A stretch of 64,000 nt of DNA from Octopus sinensis (taxonomy: Eukaryota), in assembly GCF_006345805.1 (NCBI RefSeq), contig NC_043017.1, forward strand, positions 28,892,001 to 28,956,000. Direction: 5' to 3'. Shown here in pieces: positions 52,690 through 64,000 of this stretch. The position numbers were made by a program, and so were the translations under genes. Numbering within the stretch: position 1 is the first letter of the stretch; each line of letters begins with the position of its first letter. The notes under the pieces were generated by a model. That model was not told the DNA's origin and searched no databases. It worked only from the letters and a program-made list of their open reading frames with translations.

Positions 52690-53100
52690 AACATCTGTCG
52701 AATTGGGAAGTTGATTAGATCGACTCCAATGCTCAGCTATTATTTATTTTATGGACCCCTGGAGGATGAAAGGCAAAGTCGGACTCGGAGCAGTTTGAAA
52801 TCGAAATTTAAAGACAGACGAAATTGTGCCAGGCGTTTCGCCTGGCTTGCTGGTTATTTTGCCATACCACCGGTTTACAACAGAGAAATATCGGATTCAA
52901 ATTTTGGGACAAGACCAATACTTATGTCAGTGGGGGTAAGTCGATTACATTGATCTTAGTACTCAACAAGCACTTATTTCTTCGACCCCTAAATGATGAA
53001 AGACAAATTTCGACCTCTGCAGAATTTGAATGCACAACGTAAAACCGGAAGTTATGCCGTTAAATAAGTTGCCTGGCGTGATAACCACGCTACCAGCTCT
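52690..53100 (-). mobile_element. Two adjacent decayed B' SINEs
   Basis: GGATGAAAGGCAAAGTCG and GATGAAAGACAAATTTCGACC cores with heads at about 52860 and 53095. Confidence 0.6.
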
Positions 53101-54170
53101 CAACCTCAGAAAAGCGAAACATTGAGAGATTGCAACAGAGGAGAAACATAAAGAGGAAATAAGAAAGATAAAGTTGTAAAGAAAACAGCTAAGATTAAAA
53201 AGAAAAGTTAGGACCTGTACTAGAAATATGAGGAAATAAGTGTCATAGGAAAAATAAAATGATGCTTAACTTAAGAAGGTGAACTAAACTATTTGAAATT
53301 AGCTGAGAACGTTGTCTATAGTATATTAAAATATATGATTATTTTTGTTGAAGTAGATGGATAATATACACATTTTCACACATCAATGTAGTTAATGCAA
53401 TTTAAAATAAGGTAAAATAAGGTTAGTCTGTGAAGAACCATTGATCAACATTCTCTGAAAGTATGGTACACAAATATATTTAATTATAAAAACGACTGTT
53501 TTGTAATTGGTCGAATGAACAAAGATGTACTAAATTTAAATTAATTGTAAATTACATTTATTGGCTAAAGGCAAACACAAAATTTTACAAGATTAGAATG
53601 GAAATAAATAATGTATTATCAAAAACTCTAAACGCAAAAATATGAATACTTTGAAAAAGCAATAAATGAATGCAAAAAGAAATTAAAGGAGCCCTAGTAA
53701 TTATAATGGCGCAGATATAACAGTACGGTAAAATGTTTGCAGAAACCTTGTTTGAGTGTTCGCTAGTCGGAAGCTGACAATGATGATTTCCTGCATTGGA
53801 GATGCGAGCCTAGGCAGGTTTTTATAACATGCCTTTTGTCTCCAAGCAATATGTGGACTGAGAACAGATGGCTTAATGAAACTATATATTAGGACTCCGA
53901 AACAAAGAAATAACGAGAAAGAAGGTAGATGAAATATGTAGGAGGATGGGGAAGGGGGAAACAGAAAAAGATGATAGAAGACGAAAAAGAAAACAGAAAA
54001 TTAGAGGCATGGCCCTTTGTACAGTAAAACCATAATAAAGCTAGTTTTGTAGAAAAGTGCAACGGGAAGAGGTGTAAATTCTACGAAACAGCTGCTCACT
54101 CTGGAGTTGGGAGTGGATTCCAGTTCTTTCGCGTGTCACCTGTGCATAAAATTTTTGTATTTCTTATACG

Positions 54171-54559
54171 CTTTACTCTTTTACTTGTTTCAGTCATTTG
54201 ACTGCGGCCATGCTGGTGCACCAGCCTTAATCGAGCAACTCGACCCCGGGACTTATTCTTTGTAAGCCCAGTACTTATTCTATCGGTCTCTTTTGCCGAA
54301 CCGCTAAGTTACGGGGACATAAACACACCAGCATCGGTTGTCAAGCAATGATAGGGGGACAAACACATACACACAAACATATATATACATATATACGACG
54401 GGCTACTTTCAGTTTCCGCCTCCCAAATCCACTCACAAGGCTTTGGTCGACCCGAGGCTATAAGTAGAAGACACTTACCCACGGTGCCACGCAGTGGGAT
54501 TGAACCCGGAACCATGTGGTTGGTAAGCAAGCTACTTACCACACAGCCGCTCCTGCACC
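54171..54559 (-). mobile_element. Family D SINE
   Basis: Head to tail match. Confidence 0.9.
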
Positions 54560-55349
54560 TATTATATTTATACTTTGTACATTAAATGATGTTTATCACT
54601 TGCTGGATGGAATACCGTTTTTGTGGATCTCATCTTAAGAGAACAATAAATGTCAAAAATACAGAATACATGCGTCATATAAGGGGCGAGATACACATTC
54701 AAAATCTCTGTACTGAATGCAAATACTTCTCCTTATATTCTAATTATATATTTATTGAAAGTGAACCAATATATAACTGTTGATTTTCTTATGTCCAAGC
54801 TCATGTCAAGTTTCAACTCTATTTCCGTTTTACATCGTTCATGCAACCCATGGGAAAGTAAGGATGGGGCCTATCATATTGCTTTCAATGTTTTTCCTCA
54901 CGTTCCGTTAGTTCTACCGGTTCTCTCTTTTCTCTCTCAAAACTGAAACACACTCACGACTTGTAAAAATCTTAAGTATTAAATGACATCTGTTATATAT
55001 AATCATCCATTTATTAATCTAGATATACGTCCTCACGCTCATTTATTTTCAGACCTATGCATATATTCTCCTGTTAAAGAGTTAATTCTGAAATAATTGT
55101 TTTCATCATTAATTATACATGTATTTCTCTCATTAGTTTGTCTTTTTGACGTACGACGTTTCATTATTTTTTCTAACATGCTCTTTTGTAACTTCTATTG
55201 TAACTGAAAGAATAACTGTTAAAATCGAATTTCACTCTTCAAAACTTGTACCAAGTATAAATACGTGGTAAAATTAATACCTTGTTTTATTGCAACTTGC
55301 TGCATGCGCTTGAAAAAACTGCCTTATTTATGGGATGACACCCTCCCTT

Positions 55350-55389
<40 letters not shown>

Positions 55390-57198
55390 CCTATATATAT
55401 ATATATATATAATTTAAAATAGGATGAAGTCTTTATAAGAATTTATCAAGTTGTCGGCGTGAAAGCCTCATAATGGAAAACAATTATAATTATTCCTTTT
55501 AAAGATTTTATCCTATTTTAAATTTTAAATTTAACCGGAATATATTCAGTGCTGAATTATTCTGATTATACATGTGTACCGAGATGCAATTTGGAAAGCC
55601 CGCCTCTTACATAGACATATAAGAGTGAACATCTCTATGTACTGTGTTGGATACACTTGGTGTTCGACTGATATTTTGATTTTCTTTATTTTTTTTCTAT
55701 CTGGATTATACCTGCACTGTCGATTAGGAAGTGGATTATGTATACTAACTATGAAGTCATATGACTTGCGGTTGAATCTGTTTTTAAGAGTTCGCTTCAA
55801 AGTTTGCATTCACTCGCGTTCGGTACACTGTATATTTATTATGGTAGTTTTGACTTTAAGAGTCCGTAATTGCATGAGGCATTTACGTGTAGTAATGCCC
55901 TTAATATAAATAAATATGTGCATATATATATATATATTTTATATATATACATAGAGAGAGAGAGAGAGTGTGAGAGAGAGAGAGAGTGTGAGAGGGAGTG
56001 TGAGAGAGAGAGAGGGGGGAGATACGTATATGAATGTATACGTGTATATACAAAGAACCAGGCACTCAATAAATTTAGTGGGAATTACATATGTTGTTAT
56101 TGGAAACAGTGAGATTCAGACCCATACTGCAAAAAGCATACAGAACGAAAACTTTAATTTGTATGAAGTTGAATCAAATGGTGGAGTAATTAGAAGAGAA
56201 TCACAATAGAATTAGAATGGAAATAGCATTGTATATTTACGCTACGAAATTATGTTTGTAGCTATTTAACATGAAATGATAGTCCTCATTTTTGCATAGA
56301 CATCCATTGCATATGCATGTATGGTACCTCTGTGTGTATTTGCATGTTGTCATGTATATATTATTGTGTACGTATAAATGTGTGTCTAAATATATGAATA
56401 TATGTATTAGTAATATTTGCGTATAGTTCATAGACTTACATTTCAGTGTATTATATTTTCAAAATAAGTAAAAAATATTTCTAAATATTTTACCGGAAGC
56501 AGTAGAAGAACATTAGTGTTCAACAAAAATATAAAATCTATTTCATGTATATTTTCAAAAAATTACACCTCTTCTTTGTAGCTAGGCATTATGTGTATTG
56601 TTCTGTTTTTCGCGATACAAGTAACTGCACCATATAATTCATTTTAGTGTCCATTTGCAACTGTTTGAATGTGGAACATCGTTGATTGCGATTTTTTTCT
56701 TATCATCACCGTGGTTTTAAACTAAGAGCAACTTTGATATTCAAGTTGTATCCACACAATGCGTAAACATTTTAGCATAAAAATCAGAGGTTTTGGAATA
56801 AGAGAAATAATGAAAAAATTAGGAGTATTAAAAATTAGATTTTCGTTAATGCAACAAATATTGTAGCTTAGTGATATACCTTAAGTGAATAACAGGATGA
56901 GAAAAGTTATTTACTATCTCTTTATATATTATATGGTATTATGTTATATAGGATTAACAGGGTTGCTATTCGATAAGTGATAATCTTATTAAAAAAATTC
57001 CCTACAGCATCGGTTTGTATCCTCAGACACCAAATACAAATACCTGTGTGTAAATATATATATATATATATATATATATAATGTATATATGTATGTATAT
57101 CTGTATCCTGTAAATAAAAGTAATGCTACCTTTATAAAAGTTAAAGCTTATGGCTGTCACCGTGCAATGACTAAAGAAAATAGTCTCCGAAATATATA

Positions 57199-57260
<62 letters not shown>

Positions 57261-57292
57261 ATATATATGTATATATATGTATTTATATATGC

Positions 57293-57359
<67 letters not shown>

Positions 57360-57800
57360 TATATATATATATATATATGGAATATATATTTATATATGGA
57401 TGTATATATAAACATGTACTTGGGGGATATGTTAGAGTGTTGTACTTCCGATCAGGTGATCATGGTTTCGTATCACCATTTGGCTGTTTGTGTTCTGGAC
57501 CAAAACATTCATATCCCGTTACTCCTGTTTATTAGTGTGTAAATGTGTATCTATATGACAAACTTTATCTCTAGCTTTCACTCTATATTACTCGTTGCAA
57601 AAAAAAAGAAAATGTTCGATACAGCGGCTTTGATTTTCTTATAATTAAGCAGAAAATTTAAGAGAATATATATACGCTGTAATTGGAGAGCAAAAAATTT
57701 TAAACATAATATGTTAGTAAATATTCCCTACGAAAGAAATATGCTTGTTTGCCCATTGTTATTTTCACACGTAGCTGCTACTTTAATATATTCAAGAAAG

Positions 57801-58100
57801 AAGGCCGCTGGCCGAAACGTTAGCAGGCCGGGCGACATGCCTAGCAGTATTTCGTCTGTCGTTACGTTCTGAGTTCAAATTTCGCCGAGGTCGACTTTGC
57901 CTTTCATCCTTTCGGGGTCGATTAAATAAGTACCAGTTACGCACTGGGGTCGATATAATCGACTTAATCCGTTTGTCTATCCTTGTTTGTCCTGTCTGTG
58001 TTTAGCCCCTTGTGGGTAGTAAAGAAATAGGTATTTCGTCTGTCTTTACGTTCTGAGTTCAAATTTCGCCGAGGTCGACTTTGCCTTTCATCCTTTCGGT
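57801..58100 (+). mobile_element. Family B SINE, one unit plus partial second unit
   Basis: GTATTTCGTCTG at 57847 and 58031 (period 184). Confidence 0.85.
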
Positions 58101-58575
58101 GTCAGCATCATGATCGTAAGATTGTGGTTTCGATTCCTGGACATGGCGACGCGTTGTGTTCTTGAGCAAAACACTTCATTTCAGGTTGCTCCAGTCCATT
58201 CAGCTGGCAAAAATGAGTAACGCTTCGATGGACTGGCGTCCCGTCCAGCTGGGGAACACATACGCCATTGAAATCGGAAAACCGGGCCCATGAGCCTGGC
58301 TACGCTTTAAAAAGGGCGCACTTATTAGTAGATCTGCGTGGCTTAGTGGTTAGGGTGTCAATATCGTGATCGTAGGATTGTGGTTTCGATTCCTGAACCG
58401 GGCGACGCGTTGTGTTCTTGAGTAAAACAATTCATTTTCACGTTGCTCCAGTCCACTCAGCTGGCAAAAACGAGTAATGCTGCGATGGACTGGCGTCCCG
58501 TCAAGCTGGGGAATACACACGCCATTGAAACCGGGAAACCGGGCCTACGAGCCTGGCTAGGCTTTAAAAGGACGC
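58096..58575 (+). mobile_element. Two tandem family C SINEs (58096-58318 and 58335-58575)
   Basis: Both match the reverse complement of 14779-15020. Confidence 0.85.
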
Positions 58576-58757
58576 ATTTATTTATTTATCTATTTATTGT
58601 TATTATTAACTATTTGAAAATTAGTGTTGTACAATGATAGAAATGAACAGTTAGAAAACTAAAAGGTACAACATAAAAAGAAAGGGTAAATTGTGAGAAA
58701 TACAATGTTCATTACCCCGATCTTTATATATATATATATATATAATATGTGTGTGTG

Positions 58758-58914
58758 TACGACGTTTGCTGAAAAGTTCCTGACTTTAATGGTATCGCGG
58801 AAGCAATAATTATGTGAGTCTGAGATGGAAATATGTTCAATAAAATCATAATTAAATGATCGTTCTAATTTTTTTTTAACCAAAGACGGAAATTTTTCAG
58901 CACACACTCGGATA
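58758..58914. mobile_element. Mariner-derived MITE (~157 bp)
   Basis: Imperfect ~30-bp TIRs TACGACGTTTGCTGAAAAGTTCCTGACTTT / AAAGACGGAAATTTTTCAGCACACACTCGGA. Confidence 0.6.
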
Positions 58915-58984
58915 TGTCTGTATCTATATATGTATATATATATGTGTGTGTATGTACATGTGTGTGTGTGTGCGTGTGTGTGTG

Positions 58985-59400
58985 TAGGCCTCCGTGTTGA
59001 TTCTGAGGACTCGAGAGAAGATGAATGGAGGCATAGCGTCGCCATCTCTTGTGATCATTCCAAGCACCATTATGTAGACTGGATGTTTGATTTTTATCAC
59101 TCTCGGTACATGTCCTCAGATTGAAATCTAAACACTCTTCAATGTTCGTATTGACGCTTCCGGCTCGAATGCCAAGCAGTACAGCATGTCGTTTCCAAAT
59201 TTCTGGCGGAGTGAATTGCGTCATGGTGCTGTTTTTTCTCACAGACGGTGCCCAACTGACCCTACTATAACTTTAGTTCACAAAATCAATAAATAATGCG
59301 CATGCGCGAAATAAAAAATTTGAAATAGCGAACCAATTTCAAGTCATTGCTTTGATGCTGTAAGCAAAATAACTAAGCATGCGTAGTTTGCTGGCTTCCA
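58985..59400 (-). mobile_element. Second maT fragment (5' region, N-terminus, central deletion, 3' truncated)
   Basis: Homologous to 51095-51390; MTQFTPPEIWKRHAVLLGIRAG. Confidence 0.8.
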
Positions 59401-59589
59401 CAGAAGCATCTGAGACGCATAATAATAAATTTGATGCTTCATAATGCCTGTCGTTGAAAAATCTATAAAATCTTGGTAATCTATAATGGGGAACGAGTGT
59501 GCTTGATAATATAAATACGGGAAGAAAAGTGGATGTTGTCGAGATTAGATTATGAAGGGATTAAATGGATTGATGGTCTGTATTTTATT

Positions 59590-60608
59590 TATGTATATTT
59601 TTATATAAATACATGCGTATAGGCATGCACACATGCATGCGCACATACATGTACACACATACATACATATGCACATACATACATACATGCATACATACAT
59701 ACATCATACATACATGCATACATACATACATTACATACATACATACTACATACATACATACATGCATAATACATACATACATACATTACATACATACATA
59801 CATACATCCATACATACATACACACATACGTACGTACGTACATACATACATACATACATACATACATACATAATACATACATACATACATACATACATAC
59901 ATGCATACATACATACATACGTACATACATACATACATAACATACATACATACATACATACATACATACAGACATACATACATACACACATACATACGTA
60001 CATACATGCATACATACATACATACCTACATACATACATACATACATACATACCTACATACATACATGCATACATACATACATACATACATACTACATAC
60101 ATACATACATACATACTACATACATACGTACATACATACATACAGACATACATACATACATACATACATACATACATGCATACATACATACGTACGTACA
60201 TACATACATACATACATACATACATACATACATACATACATGCATGCATGCATGCATACATACATACATACATGCATGCATACATACATACATACATACA
60301 TACATACATACATACATACATACATGCATGCATACATATATACTACATACATACATACATACATACATACATACATACACACACACATACATACATACAT
60401 ACATAATACATACATACATACCATACATACATACATGCATACATACATACATACGTACATACATACATACATACATACATACATACATACATACATGCAT
60501 GCATGCATGCATACATACATACATACATGCATGCATACATACATACATACAGACATACATACATACATACATACATACATACATGCATGCATGCATACAT
60601 ATATACAT

Positions 60609-60639
<31 letters not shown>

Positions 60640-60733
60640 TACATACATACATACCTACATACATACATAATACATACATACATACATACATACATGCATG
60701 CATCATACATACATACATACATACATACATACA

Positions 60734-60764
<31 letters not shown>

Positions 60765-60922
60765 TACATACATACATACATACATACATACATACATGCA
60801 TGCATGCATGCATGCATACATACATACATACATACATACATACATACATACATACATACATACATACATACATACATACATACATACATACATACACACA
60901 CACATACATACGTACATATATA
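59590..60922. repeat. 1.3-kb (CATA)n/(CATG)n microsatellite
   Basis: Seen directly; source of the long HTYI/MYVC ORFs. Confidence 0.95.
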
Positions 60923-61299
60923 TCATGAACTAACTGTTACTTTCTCAGATGCAGCACGAAGCTTTGTCAGTGAAGAGGTCGCGGTTTCAAAGCGACGAAA
61001 ATATTTCGACAAATTAAATTTAAATGTTGAAATGAATCTAACGGTTTTGTGTGTTTCTTCAATGGCTTATAAACACCTTCCACGCTGCAATTGTTTATAT
61101 AAATAGTTTTCTAGATTTGTACGTTTGAATTGGTTAAATTAATATCGAGTTCAGCTAATGAGAAAACGACATTACACATTATAGACGATTATCTTGTGAA
61201 TTTCATTTATGAGTGCCAATGGAACACTTTTAAATTCATCAGAGCCTCCGTAAGAACAAGCTAAATTTTGCTTGTCTCAATTAAATATGAGATAAGGTA

Positions 61300-61520
61300 A
61301 AATATTGGTCTCAAAATTTAGGACAACGCCAGCAATTTTGCGGGATGTGGTAACTCGATTAGATCGACTCAATTGTTCATCTGGTACTTATATTATGACG
61401 CTGAGAGGATAAAATGCAATGTTGACCTCGACGGAATTTGAACTCGGAACGAGAAGATGGATGAAATGCCGCTAAGTTATTATGCCCGATGCGCCAACTA
61501 TTCTGCTATGTCACCGACTT
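61300..61520 (-). mobile_element. Decayed B' SINE
   Basis: GACCTCGACGGAATTTGAACTCGGAACG core. Confidence 0.6.
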
Positions 61521-62187
61521 AAACAAGATAAAATATTCACGTATTTGTTTGTGTAATTTCTAGTTATTCGTTATTAAGAAAGAAAAGAAAATTACATTAA
61601 CTCTTTCAAAGAAGTTTAAACGCAGCTCCATTTAATAGTGTCATATATAGCAGAACTCTTCAAATTAGAAAATTGAAATAATTGATTTAGACTTTTTGAA
61701 CAAATAACATAAAAGTTATGAGACCTGAATGTTTACTCAATCTTTTCTAGCAGTGTTCATATTTATCATAATCATACCAAGAATATATTAACAGTTAGCT
61801 TATATATATTAATACTGCTAAGTCTCTCCAAATGAGACTACGGCAACGGTACTGATATTAACAGTTATCACCAAGTTAACTTGGCAGTCCAGAACTATAG
61901 GTCGAATGCTGCCGTTAAATATCTGCAAGAGGCTATCGCCTCTAGCTCACTGCGTGACAAACGAACCTATGTGACAAACGAACCATTATAACCTTCGAAC
62001 AGGTGAGGTGAGCCGCTTCCCCTTGCTGGTCTGGCATATACAGACTAGTTTCAGGGTATTTGCTCCTTGTGAATTTAGAGCAGCCGAACCAGGCAGGTGT
62101 CGTTACTAACCGTCTATTCGAAGGATTTTAATACTTATCGCTAAGCTAATATGGCAGTGCTGAAAAATAGGACGAATGCTGCCATAA

Positions 62188-62288
<101 letters not shown>

Positions 62289-62389
62289 ATATATATTATA
62301 TATCAATTCACTACTATTATTTTCTGAACACTCTACGAGAACGGATTGTGTAATCTTTCTGTTACGCTTCAATTGTTTTCGTTAATAAT

Positions 62390-62414
62390 AATGATAATAA
62401 TAATAATAATAATA

Positions 62415-62456
<42 letters not shown>

Positions 62457-62460
62457 TAAT
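62390..62460. repeat. (TAA)n microsatellite
   Basis: Seen directly. Confidence 0.9.
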
Positions 62461-62986
62461 TCGGACGACGAGGTGGTGTAGCGGAAGTTAATGACAATAG
62501 AGGTGGCAATAACGATGTTGATAACAATTAAAGTGAAATTGATGATAATTATCACCATCATCATCGTAGCTATCATCATCATCTGTATGATAAAGAAACT
62601 GGAAAAAAACTACAGAAAAAATACAATGCAATGAGAAATATAGAGTAGAGAGAGGCAAACCGCCATTAGCCTCTTAGGGATCGCACGCCGACCATTGGCA
62701 ATCTACCAAAAACATATAATCACTCCAAAGGTAAATTGATATTACCTGTGATTATAACTTACTACGTTTTGTGTAGCTGTCAATGTATTTTCTATGCATT
62801 GTATAATAATCTATTCTTGTTTCGAAATCTTATTTTTGATAGTGCATCTTTATTGTCAATCCCAATGTACATTGCTCCCACAAACACAAATATATACATT
62901 ATCTCCTTATGCTATCACAAATTGGGGACTGTAAGACTGTAATAAACACTACACAAACGATGTTTCCAGGTATATACATGTATTTA

Positions 62987-63307
62987 AGGCGGTGAGCTGC
63001 CAGTACCGTTAGCACGCTAGGCGAATTGCTTTGCGGTATTTCGTCTGCAGCTACGTCCTGAGTTCAAATTCCGCCGAGTCGACTTTGCCTTTCATCCTTT
63101 CGGGGTCGATTAAATAAGTACCAGTGGGTCGATATAATCGGCTTAATCCATGTGTCTGTCCTTGTTTGTGCTCTCTGTGTTTAGCCCCTTGTGGGTAGTA
63201 AAGAAATAGGTATTTCTTCTGCCGTTACGTTCTGAGTTCAAATTCCGCCGAGGTCGACTTTGCCTTTCATCCTTTCGGGGTCGATTAAATAAGTACTAGT
63301 TACATAT
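62987..63307 (+). mobile_element. Family B SINE, one unit plus 3'-truncated second unit, 19-bp TSD
   Basis: AGGTATATACATGTATTTA at 62968-62986 and 63308-63326. Confidence 0.9.
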
Positions 63308-64000
63308 AGGTATATACATGTATTTATACTCACAAGATACCTAAAAAGAAATCAAACCATTTCTGTTTAAATCAGCTTAATGTTGTGGAGAATGAAAAAA
63401 TTGCGAGATTTTATATAAAATTATATACAGAAGAAAGCGAAATTCCAAGTGGTTCTGTGTGAATCCTGAAACTTCATAGGAAAGAAAACTTGCTGCTGAT
63501 GATGATTATGACGAGTATAGTAAGGATATAATGAAAATAATAATCGTGATGCTGAGGGTGATGTTGATGAAGATGATGGCGAGTGTGATGCTGATGATTA
63601 GGAAGGCAGGGTGGAGGAGAAGACCAATGAGAAGGAGTAGAATGAAGGAGCGTTCTTCGAGGATGATAATAATGATGATGACGATGTCCAAAATGGCGAT
63701 GATGACAGCGAAGATGATACGTTGGGGACGATGTCAATGAAGAAGATGGTGAAAAGTTGCATGATATTTGCGCTAAATGCATGGGTTGCATTATACACAA
63801 GAAATCTCGAATTAATAATAGATATTTCATTAGAATAGTTTCAGATGGATGAATAATGCTGGCGAAAATTAACATGAACGGCCTTGGGCACGACGTTATA
63901 AATATCATACAATTTAATAATGATTTATGGTTTCAGCGAGCGATCGAAAATTAAATTGCATTTTTTGCAACGTTGAATGTTAGTTCATTTTCTGTTTATC

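Noticed and set aside
59585-61106. Long ORFs of up to 401 aa (HTYI/MYVC repeats)
   Set aside because: Translations of a stop-free tetranucleotide microsatellite; the same holds for the IYIY, VCVC and SIYL ORFs throughout the window.
63474-63798. Acidic D/E-rich or His-rich ORFs
   Set aside because: Degenerate (GAT)n tract; the acidic frame contains TAG stops.

Overview
AT-rich eukaryotic repeat-dominated DNA, most likely an octopus/cephalopod intergenic or intronic region (inferred from the tRNA-derived SINE families, recognised from memory and not database-checked). I can support no host protein-coding gene. Most ORFs in the track are translations of microsatellites or SINEs. The window holds about 35 SINE copies of four families (called A-D here), several decayed Tc1/mariner transposons (DD34D mariner and DD37D maT), two copies of a non-autonomous Helitron, Helentron/HINE-like and Penelope-like fragments, an RTE 3' fragment and one young CR1-like LINE. 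The main discovery is a recent inversion of about 8 kb. It cut the CR1 inside its RT domain: the 5' part lies on + at about 27.0-30.3 kb and the 3' part on - at 21.5-22.5 kb. An apparently identical 224-bp inverted duplication (22480-22703 / 30336-30559) sits at the two breakpoints, with microhomology at the junctions. Other points of interest are a SINE with a tandemly reiterated ~180-bp unit, SINE-SINE chimeras, a minimal hammerhead-like motif and TA-spaced palindromic arrays. SINE and remnant boundaries are approximate unless target-site duplications (TSDs) are quoted.
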